This document shows positions 50,406-64,000 of a stretch of DNA of 64,000 nt, in pieces. Positions within the stretch are counted from its first letter, which is position 1, and every line of letters starts with the position of its first letter. The position numbers were made by a program, and so were the translations under genes. Where the stretch lies: assembly GCF_004010195.1 (NCBI RefSeq), contig NC_057718.1, positions 12,194,924-12,258,923 of the forward strand, read 5' to 3'. The notes beneath the pieces are model-generated. The model did not search any database. It worked only from the letters and a program-made list of their open reading frames with translations, and was not told the origin of the DNA. Origin of the DNA: Chiloscyllium plagiosum (taxonomy: Eukaryota).

Positions 50406-52141
50406 GTAAAATCACTTGACATTTTCTCGAAAGCACATTTCCATGGCACGTAATAATCTCTAAGATACATAAACAGTGAGAGCTTCAGGAAACAGTATGC
50501 CAACGCACCAACTGACTTATTTGAGGAAGTCAGAAATGTGCTGTGTTCAGTTCTCTAGTGACATAATGGGTACTTTAAGTTTGATTTCTACACAAGGATG
50601 GTGAATACAATGGGCTCATAAGCAAAAATGTTTATACTGTCACCCCTGCTATGCCGGGTAACTTGGAGGGGTATGCTCCAGCTACTGAACTAACAATCCA
50701 GAAAAGGTTTAAAGTTGCAGTTTGAGATTTTGAAATTTTGTTTTTAACAACTGAAACCAGTAGAACTGATCATGAATCTGTCAGATTGCCATGAAAACAC
50801 AATTACTAATGTTGTTTAGAGAAGGAAATCTATCATCCTCATCATCTCAACATCTCAAGAGCAAAACAAAAATAAATCCCTAACCCATGTTTTGGCATAG
50901 GTTCCTTGGATTACTAGGTCTGTGAGCTATTATTTGTCTGAAAGCAACAAGGAAAATACAACTAGAATAAGAATAAAGTTGTTGAACGACCCTGCAAATT
51001 TTTCAACAAATAGGGAAGATCAGCTTTTAAACAGTAGGTTTCGTTAGCTCAGTTAGCTGGATGTCTGATTTGTAAAGCAGAGTGACATCAACAGTATAGA
51101 TTCAATTCTCGCACTGGCTGAGGTTATCATGATGAAGGAGCGGCACTCCGAAAGCTAGTGTGCTTCCAATTAAACCTGTTGGACTATAACCTGACGTTGT
51201 GTGATTTTTATCTTTGTATACCCCAGTCCAGCACCGGCATCTCCAAATCATTACTCCCTTCTCAACCTTGCCCCTCATCTGATGCATGGTGACCTCAGAT
51301 TAAACCATTACCAGCCACGTCTCTCTAATGAGAGAGCAGCTAATGGTCTGTTAAGATTATGGTGACTTTACCTTTATAGCTGATATTTGCACTTTTGAAC
51401 TTGCATAGCGTGATGAAAGTTGTGTAATTTATATAGATAGAACATAGAACAATACAGCACAGAACAGGCCCTTCGGCCCACGATGTGGTGCCGAACATTT
51501 GCCCTAGCTTAAGCACCCATCCATGTAACTATCCAATTGCTGCTTAAAGGTCACCAATGATTCTGACTCTGCCACTCCCACAGGCAGCGCATTCCATGCC
51601 CCCACCACTCTCTGGGTAAAGATAGTAACACATTTTTTTAAAAAGTGATTGGGTTTTAAATTTGTAGCACATGGGTTTAGTCTTTTTGTGTGGATAGATA
51701 TAATAATTAACTAGGTTAGTGATTCAGAACCATGATTTCCAACCAGTAAGTATCGGACGGCAGATGACCAAAGGCCTGTTGGAGAGTTAGTTGTAAGTTT
51801 TTTTTTATATATATATTGTGGGGTTTTGCAACAGGAGAGGAAAAACATTGAATTTTATTAGCTTGCTTTTGGGTTTAAAATAATCAAACCTCGATATCAG
51901 CTTAGAATACCCAGAAGTGGAAAAGCTTTTATTCAGTAGCAAAAAGACCTGAATGCGGATAGATGCTGCAAGTACAGTTTCTCCCAGAGTAGGAGACAGT
52001 TCAGAGCAGTGAAAGGAATAAGTTACATCAATGTAAGGCTTGTTGTTTGTGAAACTTCCATACCAGGAACATTTTGCTAAAATTCTACAGATTATTAAAG
52101 GATTGGAGTGTATTAACTATAAGGAGACGTTAGGCAAGCAA

Positions 52142-52662
52142 GTTTGGAGAAGATTTGTAGCTCAGGTTGAGGTTCTAGATATATTTGCTCACTGAGCTGG
52201 AAGGTTTGTTTTCAGACGTTTTAGATAACATCATCAGTGAGCCTTCAGTAAAGCACTGGTGTTGTGGCCCGCTTTCTATTTATGTGTTTAGGTTTTCTTG
52301 GGTTAGTGATGTCATTTCCTGTGGTGATGTCATTTTCTATGCCACTGGGACAACACATCCATCCCAGGACAAGCCAAACAGAGACACGCACGAGAATTCC
52401 TGGAAGCATGGCATTCCCACCGGAACTATATCAACAAACACATTGACTTGGATCCCATCTATCATTCTCTGAGGAAAAGAACGGGAAATGACATCACCAA
52501 CACAGGAAATGACACCATCAACCCAAGGAAACCTAAACACATATATAGAAAGCAAGCCATCATATCAGTGCTTCACTGAAGGCTCATTGATGATGTTACC
52601 TAGTATAGTGATGAAATACCTGAAAAACAAACCTTCCAGCTCAGTGAGCAAATGTACATCCA
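52142..52662. mobile_element. Penelope/Poseidon pLTR hairpin (same family as 12646-14080) inserted in a plus-strand CR1 fragment (~52095-53108)
   Basis: inverted arms; REFLEAWHS..NYINKHIDLDPIY; flanks GTTAGGCAA/GTTGGGCAA. Confidence 0.8.
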
Positions 52663-53967
52663 GTGGTTGGGCAAATTTGGATTTTTTTTTGCTAGAGTGA
52701 TGGAGGTTGAAGGGCAATCTAATAGAAGTATATAAAATTATGAGAGGCATGGATAAGGTGGATAGTCAGAATATTTTTCCCAGGGTGGAAAAATACCCTG
52801 GGAAATACCGAGAGACACAGGTTTAAGGTGGGGGGGAGGGTGTGCGAAGTTTAGAAAGGAGATGGGTAAGGCATGTGTCTTTGTTTACACAAAAGACAGC
52901 CAGTGCCTGAAATGTGCTGCCAGAGGAGTTGTAGAAGCAGATATATTACTAACATTTAAGAAGCATTTAGACATAAGGGAACAGGCAGGGAGGGGAGGCA
53001 TAACAACTATGTGCAGGTAGATGGGATTAGTTTAGAATGGCATCATGGTCAGCATATACATGGTGGGCTGCATGTCTGTTCCTGTGCTGCACTGTTCTAT
53101 GTTCTATGACTGAGGAAGTCAAAGCTCTGTATTGTGAGTGATCAAACGAAAAGGTTTTACATCTCACAGGACTAGAACTGAAAAAGAACAGTTTAGTTTA
53201 CCTACAGATTTGACAGGGAAGGAAAATTTCTCTGAATTTTCATTAAATGTAAATTGATAGTGTTGGAAGTACGGGCAGTCCCCAGGTTGTGAATAGGCTC
53301 CATACTCGAATCCATTTGCAAGTTGATTTGTACGCAAATCAAAACAATGTCAGGCAATATAAAGTAGCCATTTTTAATCACAGGAAATATTCATACTTTG
53401 GATCTTTAACATTGCACCTCCATATGGTATTGCCTTTGTAACTACGAGTGTTCGTAAGTAGGGTGTCATAAATTGGCGACCCACTATTGTTGGGTTTTGC
53501 TTTGCTGGGTGTTAAGTTTATTAATCTATATTACAATAACATAGCTGAGTTTGAATAAATTTATTTTCTTTTATTTTGAATATTTTATTATCTGTCTTAT
53601 TGCTAAAACCAAACCTGCAGCCTGGCATGCTTATGTTGCAGTGAAAGATTGCTACGTTAAATTTAAAGAACAGAATCTGATCCATCAAGCCAGATTTAAT
53701 TCTGCGATCTAACACGTTCAGAATCAACATCTTATTAGTACCACACAACTCAGCTTTGAATGAATTGAAAGACAGTGGGTCCAAAATTTGTCAAAACACA
53801 AGCCGCTTGAGTCTAGCAACTCATTGTATTGGAGAAACTTAAGTTCCAAACTAAATTTCACCTTGGCCTCCATACCTTATGTAAGTTGTGTTGGGGTGCC
53901 TAATTAGCCTCCTGATGAGACGGTGATCAGAGTGGGGCTTTTGTCTTGTTGACAGCAGATATTAATT

Positions 53968-54094
53968 CCTGAAGAGGAACTTATGCCCGAAACATCGATT
54001 CTCCTGCTCCTTGGATGCTGCCTGACCTGCTGCGCTTTTCCAGCAACACATTTTCAGCTCTGATCTCCAGCATCTGCAGTCCTCACTTTCTCCT
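53968..54094 (+). mobile_element. single family C pLTR insertion
   Basis: 14-bp TSD AGCAGATATTAATT at 53954-53967 and 54095-54108. Confidence 0.8.
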
Positions 54095-54639
54095 AGCAGA
54101 TATTAATTATTGTGTGGAATTAGAAAAAACGTTTCACAGGATATAATCCTTCTCATGTTTGGGGCCATGTTTTTAGCAGCCTCCAAGGGTGCCTTTAAGA
54201 ATGGCTGATGAGGATGTTCATTAATAACAGTTGGAACCAATTGAAGCAGAAATATAAACGTTCTCCCAGCCAGTTTCTGCTCAAAACAGCTTCTCCAGGG
54301 GCCCAAAGTAAGCAGTTGTCACTACTTCGGGGATTTACAAGAAGTCTTGTTTGAAAAAAAATCTCTGAAGGTCCATAATGAACATTCAATGATTTCTTCC
54401 AAATAAATCACTCTCGGTATTTTCACATAGCTTTAAATAAATCCATTTTTTTCATAATCCTTCAAAAGGCAAGTCCAACAAGTAATATTATTAAATAAAG
54501 CTTTTTCATAATAATCATTATGGTAGTGTAAGAAATATGGTTCCAAATCCTGGAAGTCCCTTCCTTACAGTGCTATGGGTGTACCTACAGCATGACTTTA
54601 TGGTTCAATAAGGTGGCTCACCATTATCTCCTCAAAACT

Positions 54640-55432
54640 TAAAAATGTGTTGCTGGAAAAGCGCAGCAGGTCAGGCAGCATCAAAGGAGAAGGAGAATCG
54701 ACGTTTCGGGCATAAGCCCTTCTTCAGGAATGAGAAGGGTGTGCCAAGCAGGCTAAGATAAAAGGTAGGGAGGAGGGACTTGGGGGAGGGGTGTTGGGAA
54801 TGTGATAGGTGGAAGGAGGTTAAGGTGAGGACCTGCATGTCCTTGGCGGAGTGGGAGGGGGAGTTAAAGTGTTCAGCCACGGGGCGGTTGGGTTGGTTGG
54901 TGCGGGTGTCCCAGAGGTGTTCTCTGAAACGTTCCGCAAGTAGGCGGCCTGTCTCCCCAATGTATAGGAGGGCACATCAGGTGCAGCGGATGCAGTAAAT
55001 GATGTGTGTGGAGGTGCAGGTGGTTTTCTGATGGTTATTGAAGGATCCCTTGGGGCCTTGGAGGGAAGTGAGGGGCGAGGTGTGGGGGCAAGTTTTGCAT
55101 TTTTTGCGGTTGCAGGGGAAGGTGCCAGGAGCGAAGGTTGGGTTGGTGGGGGGTGTGGATCTGACAAGGGAGTTGCGGAGGGAGTGGTCTTTCTGGAACG
55201 CTGATAGGGGTGGGGAGGGAAATATATCCTTGGTCGTTTGGAGGTGGCGGAAATGATAAAGGATGATCCAATGTATCTGGAGGTTGGTGGGGTGGTAGGT
55301 GAGGACTAGTGGGGTTCTGTTCTGGTGGCGATTGGAGGGGTGGGGTTCAAGGGCGGAGGAGCAGGAAGTGGAGGAGTTATGATGGAGAACATAGTCAACC
55401 ATGTCTGAGGGGAAATTGTGGTCTTTGAAGAT
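54640..55432 (-). mobile_element. Neptune-type Penelope-like element 3' part (Cys-rich linker, GIY-YIG, pLTR)
   Basis: GTFPCNRKKCKTC, IIYCIRC...LLYIGETGR.LAERFREH; ATTATCTCCTCAAA repeated on both flanks. Confidence 0.9.
54697..54731 (-). ncRNA. minimal hammerhead ribozyme motif, family C
   Basis: UC-CUGAAGA-a-GGGC(uuau)GCCC-GAAA-CG-UC-GA. Confidence 0.65.
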
Positions 55433-56181
55433 TATCTCCTCAAAGGCAATCAGAGATGGGCAATATATGCTGGTTTTACCAAAAACACGCACCAAGTTTC
55501 AGCAAATAAAAATAAATGTCCCCAGCAAGCTGTCATAAATATCAACACAATAAGACCAAATCTGTGTTTTATTGATTTTAGTTGAGCAACAAATATTGGC
55601 CAGAGGTCTCCCTTGAAATCATGAAATGGGCCTTTTTAATACAGCACCTTGGTCTAATGTCTCATCTGGAAGATATCACCTCTAACAACACAGAACTCTT
55701 TCAGTACTGGACTAGAGCATTTGCTTATATATTTGTTTTCAAATCCTGCAGTGGAACTATGAATCTGCAACTTTCAACCAGAAAACGTTACTAAGCCATG
55801 ATCAACACATTTGTATGTCTTTCTAAATAACGTTTCCACGTGTGAAATCATTACATAGACTGCAAAATATTGAATCAGACATTCCACCTTTTCTGTTTTC
55901 ATAAGTTATTCAGCTCAGAATCTTTAAACTAAATTTAATTGAAAGAGAAGTGATGCTGCATTGTATTTCCTCAGTCCATGTATAATAGATTTAGGTTAAA
56001 CAACTTGAAAAGTTAACTCCAGTACCAGTAGTCAGTCTTAAGATTGATTGCCAAAGCATTTGTTCTGGATTATGTTTTTAACCTTTTCCCAACATCCAGA
56101 GCTTCCTGTCAGTCTTTGTTAAAGCTAATCTCAAAAACTATACAAGGGAGCCCTCTTCAGATCATTCTGAATTTTTCCAAG

Positions 56182-56384
56182 ATTCGGAGATGCTGGTGTT
56201 GGACTGGGGTGTACAAAGTTAAAAATCACACAACACCATGTTATAGTCCAACAGGTTTAATTAGAAGCACACGAGCTTTTGGAGCGACACTCCTTCATCA
56301 GGTGATCGTCCAAAGAGCGTCGCTCCGAAAGCTAGTGTGCTTCCAATTAAACCTGTTGGACTATAACCTGGTGTTGTGTGATTT
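56182..56384. mobile_element. family A pLTR hairpin
   Basis: inverted arms; 14-bp TSD TGAATTTTTCCAAG at 56168-56181 and 56385-56398. Confidence 0.85.
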
Positions 56385-56476
56385 TGAATTTTTCCAAGTA
56401 AGTGAGGGAAACGCTGCGTAAGGCAGGTTTTTTTCTATCCCTTTGGACATAGAAAGTGATCAAACCTAATTTAGAT

Positions 56477-57470
56477 ACATAGAGTCATAGAGGTGTACAG
56501 CACAGAAACAGACCTTTCGGTCCAACCCGTCTATGCTGACCAGATATCTCAATCCAATCTTTTCCCACCTGCCAGCACCTGGTCCATATCCCTCCAAACC
56601 CTTCCTATTCATATACCCATCCAGATGCCTCTTAAATGTTGCAATTGTACCAGCCTCCACCACTTCCTTTGGCGGCTCAATCCATACATGTACCACACTG
56701 AGTGAAAAAGTTGTCCCATAGGTCTCTTTTATATCTTTCCCCTCTCACCCTAAACCTATGCCCTCTAATTCTGGACTGCCCCACCCCAGGGAAAAGACTT
56801 TGCCTATTTATCCTATCCATGCCTCTATGATTTTATAAATCTCTATAAGGTCACCCCTCAGCTCCAGGGAAAACAGCTCTAGCCTATTCAACCTCTCCCC
56901 ATAGCCCAAATCCTCCAACCCTGGCAACATCCTTGTAAATCTTTTCAGAATCTTTTCAAGTTTCACAACATCTTTCCGATAGGAAGGAGACCAGAATTGC
57001 ATGCAATACACCAACAGTGGTCTAACCAATGTCCTGTACAGCCACAACATGACCTCCCAACTCCTGTACTCAATATTCTGACCACTAAAGGAAACATACT
57101 ATCCTACCTACCCACGACTCCACTTTCAAGGAGCTATGAACCTGCACTCCAAGGTCTCTTTGTTCAGCAACACTCCCTAGGACCTTACCATTAAGTGTAC
57201 AAGTCCTGCTAAGATTTGCTTTCCCAAAATGCAGCACCTCACATTTATCTGAATTAAACTCCATCTGCCACTTCTCTGCTCATTGGCCCATCTGATCAAG
57301 ATCCCATGGTAATCTCAGGTAACCCTCTTCGCTGTCCACTACACCTCCAATTTTGGTGTCATCTGCAAACTTACTAACTATACCCCCAATGTTCACATCC
57401 AAATCATTTATTTAGAAGACAAAAAAAAGTGGACCCAGCACCGATCCTTGTGGCACTCCACTGGTCACAG
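56477..57470 (-). mobile_element. CR1 3' fragment
   Basis: [44 protein letters not shown]. Confidence 0.92.
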
Positions 57471-58229
57471 TAAAGTGAAAAGCAAATGCCAACCTAATGT
57501 TTTTTCATACTGTCTCAAACTCAGTCGTTAAAGGATTAAAACATTAGTCTAATTCACGACATGACTTTCAATCAATATCCCAAATGATGCTATTATCATA
57601 GAAAGTCAAGATGCAGGAACATTATCTGAGTAAGTAAACTGCATTGTGTTCGCTGTTTTAAATTCTGGCATTGCTTCTATCCACATTAGGGCTTTCCCAG
57701 GCATTTGCTGAGATTTACCTCTCTGGCCTGAATAAACAGGACGCAGAGCGACTGGGGAGTAAATGTGTACTTTTATTGAACAAATAGAAATTATCTACAT
57801 GTATATCTCAGTAATTATTTTATAGATGTCTCATTATAAAATGTCACAATCTAATCAATAAACCCACTCTTTGTTAACTCAAGAAGGCTGAGTTAAATTG
57901 ACTCTTCTTCTCTCAATGGAGTTCTTAAGTTCACATGGGTCTGCATAAAGGGTGTACTCAATGAAAGAGATCTGTTTTAAATTAATCTCACTGTGACCAA
58001 CTGAGGGATGAGGTGAATAAAGAATGGGAGCCAGTTCATACTTTCTCACTTGGGAGTTTAAATGATTTAGGTTCTCCCCTCTGGAACTGTAACAAATTGG
58101 GGAATCACATTCTTGAAGTCAGGAGAACAGGAGCATTCTATTGATTCTGACTTTTCCAATTCTTCCAGCTTTCATGCCTTGCCTCCACATTGGCACAGTG
58201 TTCGAACTCAAAGTGTCTTGTTCCTATTC

Positions 58230-58264
58230 TTCCTGAAGAAGGGCTTATGCCTGAAACGTCGATT
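58230..58264 (+). ncRNA. minimal hammerhead ribozyme motif, family C
   Basis: UC-CUGAAGA-a-GGGC(uuau)GCCU-GAAA-CG-UC-GA. Confidence 0.6.
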
Positions 58265-58452
58265 CTCCTGTTCCTTGGATGCTGCCTGACCTGCTGCGCT
58301 TTTCCAGCAACACATTTTCAGCTCCTATTCTTACTCCAGCATGTTATAAATATGCCTCTCTGGCAAGGGTTCCAGGGTCACCACTGATGATTCACTGCTT
58401 CAAGTGATTTACCAGAATGTCCATGTATTACCTTTGTGGTACACCTTGCTTC

Positions 58453-59060
58453 CTTATTTCCCTCCCCTCCCCTATCAGCGTTCCGTAAAGACCACTCCCT
58501 CCGTGACTCCCTCGTCAGGTCCACACCCCCCACCAACCCAACCTCCACTCCCAGCACCTTCCCCTGCAACCGCAAGAAATGCAAAACTTGCGCCCACACC
58601 TCCCCCCTTACTTCCCTCCAAGGCCCCAAGGGANNNNNNNNNNNNNNNNNNNNNNNNNNNNNNNNNNNNNNNNNNNNNNNNNNNNNNNNNNNNNNNNNNN
58701 NNNNNNNNNNNNNNNNNNNNNNNNNNNNNNNNNNNNNNNNNNNNNNNNNNNNNNNNNNNNNNNNNNNNNNNNNNNNNNNNNNNNNNNNNNNNNNNNNNNN
58801 NNNNNNNNNNNNNNNNNNNNNNNNNNNNNNNNNNNNNNNNNNNNACCCCACCCCGGCCTAGCACTCTCACCTTGCCCTCCTTCCACCTATCGCATTTCCA
58901 ACGCCCCTCCCCCAAATCCCTCCTCCCTACCTTTTATCTTAGCCTGCTGGACACACTTTCCTCATTCCTGAAGAAGGGCTTATGCCCAAAACGTCGATTC
59001 TCCTGTTCCTTGGATGCTGCCTGACCTGCTGGGCTTTTCCAGCAACACTTTTTCAGCTCC
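58453..59060 (+). mobile_element. Neptune-type Penelope-like fragment spanning the assembly gap
   Basis: FPSPPLSAFRKDHSLRDSLV...FPCNRKKCKTC; pLTR follows the gap. Confidence 0.85.
58634..58844. other. assembly gap (211 N)
   Basis: run of N. Confidence 0.99.
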
Positions 59061-59929
59061 TTCCATCATCCACCAATTCTGCTGAATAATGAATACAAAA
59101 ATGGCTACTTTTATATATACCGCTGCTGATATGCCATTGGCATCATTCTTACTTTTACATCAAAAGGTCACAGACTGAAACACCACTGCACGCTTCACGA
59201 CTCAACTCTAGGTTAATACCCCAGTGCTAAACTGAGGGAGTACTATACTGCCATCATTCAGAGGAGGTGTTAACCCAGATCTCTTCTATCAGCTTGAACA
59301 TTTTAAACAACCTGAAAGCAGCTTTCAAAGAAAAGCAGGCATTGTCCAAGACTCCCTGGACAATAGATCCCCCTCAACAAAGACCAAAGATAGATGGTAT
59401 GCTTAAAATATTTGTGTAGAGGCTACAATGACTGCACTTCAAAAGTGATCATTCCATTGTATTTGGAATACATTGAGAATGTGAAAGGGCACTATGTAAA
59501 TGCAAATTATTTTGCTTTTCTGAGATTTAGTAATTTTGGAGAGTTCATTCAGTCTATTGCCAGCCTCCAAATAAGTAGTTTTAAGTTTTAAGCTGACAGG
59601 AGAGTGGTTTTATTGCTATGCACAGTAGCCTTTGTTATCCACCAACACCAAATCTGAACAAGTAGTATAAAGCTAGCTGTCTTGCCGGATTACTCATTCC
59701 TAGTTAATTATATTGTTGGCTGTGCTGTACGCACACATTTTCCACACAAAGAGAAACTCGCTAAATTGGACAGGGCGAGCCCTCCTTGCTACCATTGCAG
59801 TCGTACCTGCACTTGGGGCAGGATCAGCTCCAATTTTGCTGACCAGTTTTGATACCATTGACATTGTGCTCATGGTGTTCGCATCAGAAGCATGATCAAT
59901 GCAAGGTTGAGGATAGCGTAGAATATTTT

Positions 59930-60222
59930 TAGATTAGGTTCCCTACAGTGTGGAAACAGGCCTTTCGGCCCAACAAATCCACACCGACCCTGCGAAGAGC
60001 ATCGCACCCAGACCCATTCCCCTTCATTTACCCCTGACTAATGCACCTAACACAACGGGCAATTTAGCATGGCCAATTCACCTGACCTGCACATCTTTGG
60101 ACTATGGGAGGAAACCCATGCAGACACGGGGAGAATATGCAAACTCCACAGAGTTGCTGAGGCAGGAATTGAACCCGGGTCCCTGGCCCTGTGAGGCAGC
60201 AGTGCTAACCACTGAGCCACCA
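59930..60222 (-). mobile_element. HE1-like V-SINE with internal deletions
   Basis: A box TGGCTCAGTGG, B box GGTTCAATTCC; collinear with 7665-7985. Confidence 0.88.
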
Positions 60223-61380
60223 TCATTCAACATAGATCACTTTCAAGAATATGAGACATGCAAGGCTGATTGTTGCACAGAATAAAACGAACATCACCAG
60301 CAAGCTTTCAATCTGACAAGAAGCAGTGGAGCACAAAATATAAACTTCATAAGAATTTAATTGCTATAGAGAGCTTTGGGAGATCATGAGGTTGTGAAGC
60401 GTGTTAATATTGAAATGTTAATATTTCTTTCTATAAACTAAAAAATCAAATGCAATTGGCAGTGTGCAAAATTTTTGAGAATCAGCATCAGTTTCAGAAA
60501 CATTACTACATTCAAAACAAAGGGTGGGAATTCTGGCTAGAGTTTACACTGGCTCCACAGCATTGTGTCAGCACACAGAATGGATTAATTGCAGGAGCTA
60601 TGGCACTGAAACTGTAGAGTGTTTTAGCCAACTCCAAAGGTTAGCATCAAATACATGTTACAGCCATATCTCAGTCTCATGCACGTGAGTGGGTTCTCTA
60701 CTGGAAGTCTGTCCAAATTGTTAAATCTATCCTGGCTCCAAGAAAGCAGTCGGGGCAGGATAGACATATGGGGCATACGGAAATTCTTCCCAGCTGAAGA
60801 TGTGCTGGAATTCCATCAGAATAGAAAACGTGCCCAACAGATGTACAACAATTTACTGCACATCTCATTCATTGTCAAGACTGCAACCAACACTGCTCAA
60901 AAGCACACATTCATTGTCCACGTTGCTCTCATTGTTACTGCCCCACCATTTCCCATCATGGTGACCAAAACATCATTCGAATGGTCAACACACTATATTT
61001 GACTGTTCATCATAAACTTCAAAATTATGAAGGTGTGGTAAATAATATGGAACCTTTTTGCTGGCTTGTAACCCAAAGCATACAGATTTGTGGAGACGGT
61101 CAAAAGAATCAGTGGTGTTGAGACAATTTAGTTTATATGTGGCAAAAGGTTAGAAATTGGAATGTACTGCCTGATGAGATGGTGGGTAGAGATGCAGTTT
61201 TAGTCCTCAAGAGGGAACTGGATAAACATATGAAGGGAAAAAAACATTTGGGATATGGGAAAGAGCTGGAGAGTTGGATTAACTGACTGCCCTTCAAAAG
61301 CACCAGGACAGCTTCAATGGATCGAATAGCCTCCTTCTACATTGTTCAATTCTCTGATTCTAAGTTATTTTGCATGTGTA

Positions 61381-61795
61381 CAGGGGTCCCCGATTTATGA
61401 GATCTAACTTACAAACACTCATACTTCTCAAAGTGATCCCATACATGGTTATAAAATTTTAAAGCGGGAGAAAGTGATGACTACAGCTGGAGATCAGAAC
61501 AGAGAGTGTGGTGCTGGAAAAGCACAGCAGGTCAGGCAGCATCCGAGGAGCAGGAAAATCATCAGGAATGGCTGAAGAAGGGCTTATGCCCGAAACGTCG
61601 ATTCCCCTACTCCTCAGGTGCTGCCTGACCTGCTGTGCTTTTCCAGCACCATACTCTCGACTATAATTTTAAAGCCCCTACATAGGAACATTTCCTGTAC
61701 TTGAGAACTATCCTACATTGATTTCCAACTTGTGTACATTATAACTTGCAAACAGATGCCAGAACGGAACCCATTCTCAACCCGGGCACTGCCTG
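61381..61795. mobile_element. Tigger-like MITE with a nested family C pLTR hairpin (61466-61664)
   Basis: TA|CAGGGGTCCCCG ... CGGGCACTGCCTG|TA termini; nested piece has TSD AATTTTAAAGC at 61455-61465 and 61665-61675. Confidence 0.7.
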
Positions 61796-62139
61796 TACAG
61801 CCATTTTTTCTGTATGTGACAATTACAGTTTTATCATCATGGCATGAAGTGAACTCCTCTGCTACAGGAACAAAGCATTACATGATAGGGGTATCTACTT
61901 CCCTTTTACTTGTTGACTTCAGGTACTGCAAATGAAAAGTATTATAACCTAAGTATTCCAATAACATTTGGGAATAACCACACAATATGAATTTAACTGT
62001 AAAGGGCAACTACCGTGACAAACAGAGGGAGATAAACATTATTACTTTAATTCTCTGCAAAATCCCATATCCATTCCATTGAAGTTCTCAAAATAAAAAA
62101 AACAGAAATTGCTGGAGAAACTCAGCAGGTCTTGCAACC

Positions 62140-64000
62140 TTTAGAATCATACAGTACAGACGAGGCCCTTCAGCCCATTGTCGGCACTGGAAAAACAATT
62201 CTAAATCTACACTAGTCCCATTTTCCAGCACTTGACCCATAGCCTTGAATGGTATAACATTTCAAGCGCTCATCCAAATACTTTTTAAAGGCTGTGAAGT
62301 TCCTTGCCTCAACTCCCTTCCCAGACATCGCATTCCAGACCCCCACCATCCTCTGGTGTAAAGAACCCAACCCAATCTAGTCCCACCTGCCAGCACCTGG
62401 CCCATGTCGCCCAAGCCCTTCCTATTCATGTACCCATCCAGCTGACTTTTAAATGTTGCAATTGTACCAGCTTCCACCACTTCCCCTGGCAACTCATTCC
62501 ATATAGGTACCACCCTCTGTGTGAAAAAGTTGCCCCGTAGGTTACTTCTTTATCTTTCCCCTCTCACCCTAAACCTATGCCCTCTTGTTCTGGACTCCCC
62601 CAACCCAGGGAAGGGACTTTGTCTATTTATCCTATCCATGAGCCTCATGATCTTATAAACTTCAATAAGGTCACCCCTCAGCCTCCGATGCTCCAGGGAA
62701 AACAGCCTCAGCCTGTTCAACCTCCTATCTACCTGTGACTCCACTTTCAAGGAGCTATGAACCTGCATTCCCAGGTCTCTTTGTTCAGCAACACTCCCTA
62801 GGACCTTACCATTAAGTGTACAAGTTCTGCTAAGATTTGCTTTCCCAAAATGCAGCACCTCACATTTACCTAAATTAAACACCATCTGCCACTTCTCAGC
62901 CATCTGATCAAGATCCTGTTATCTGAGATAACCCTCTTCGCTGTCCAATACACCTCCAATTGTGGTGTCATCTGCAAACTTACTAACTATACCTGTTATG
63001 CTCACAGCCAAATCATTTGTATAAATGATGAAAAGTAACGGACCCAGCACCAACCCTTGTGGCACACCACTGGTCACAGGCCTCCAGTCTGAAAAACAAC
63101 CCTCCACCTCCCTCTGTCTTCTACGTTTAAGCCAGTTGTGTCAAAATGGCTAGTTCTCAATGTATTCCACGAGATCTAACCTTGCTAACCAGTCTCCCAT
63201 GTCAAGAAATGCCTTACTGAAGTCCATATAGATCACATCCACCACTCTGCCCTCATCAATCCTCTTTGTTACTGCCTCAAAAAAAACTCAATCAAGCTTG
63301 TGAAACATAATTTCCCACGCTCAAAGTCATGTTGACTATCCCTGATCAGTCCTTGCCTTTCCAAATACATGTACATCCTGACCCTCAGGTTTCCCTCCAA
63401 CAACTTGCCCACCACCATCAGGCTCACAGGTCTATGGTTCCCTGGCTTCCCTAACAGTGGCACCACGTTAGCCAACCTCCAGTCTTCCAGCAACTCACCT
63501 GTGACTATTGATACAAGTATCTCAGCAAGGAGCCCAGCAATCACTTCTCCCAACTTCCCACAGAGTTCTGAGAAAATCTAGTAACATTTGCCAGCACTTG
63601 GCCCATATCCCTCTAAACTCTTCCTATTCATATACCAACCCAGATCAGTTTTAAATGCTGTAATTGTACCAGCCTCCACCACTCTTCTGGCAGCTCATTC
63701 CATACACGTACCACCCGCTATGTTACAAAGATGCCCCTTGGTCCCTTTTCCATCTTTCCCCTCTCATCCTAAATCGATGCCCTCTAGTTCTGGACTTCCC
63801 CATCCCAGGGAAAAGCCCAGGTCTATTTATCCTATCCATTTCTCAGAGTGTATAAACCTCAAAAAGGTCACCCCTCAGCCTCCGAGAAAACAGCCCCAGC
63901 CTATTCAGCCACTCCCTATAGCTCAAATCCTGGAAACATCCTTGTAAATCATTTCTGAACCCTTTCAAGTTTCACAGCATCTTTCGGATAGGAAGGAGAT
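62140..64000 (-). mobile_element. stack of three CR1 fragments running off the right edge
   Basis: DWRLANVVPL, RPVSL, SQH.F, SGVPQGLVLGPLLF, KFADDT and GDLIEVYKIM motifs. Confidence 0.9.

Noticed and set aside
58378..59024. ORFs spanning the N run
   Set aside because: Artefacts of translating the assembly gap within a Neptune element

Overview
Vertebrate genomic DNA, inferred to be shark/elasmobranch from its repeats (HE1-like V-SINEs, CR1, L1/Tx1, several Penelope-like families). The only host gene I can support is the 5' part of WDR27 on the minus strand. It has seven phase-compatible GT-AG coding exons between 625 and 18320, and the gene continues off the left edge. A probable first exon and promoter lie in a CpG island at ~33430-33870. 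The presumed first intron holds an 8.4-kb, almost perfectly homogeneous 42-bp tandem array (~199.5 copies), which explains the three giant ORFs in the track. The same intron holds a ~3-kb segment bounded by two Penelope pLTR hairpins and one 12-bp direct repeat, which looks like a single Penelope-mediated insertion carrying ~2.1 kb of captured genomic DNA. Penelope terminal repeats across the window carry minimal (dimer-type) hammerhead ribozyme motifs of at least four sequence families. The right 30 kb is mostly decayed transposable elements with one 211-N gap. Protein family calls come from my recall of the families, not from a database search.
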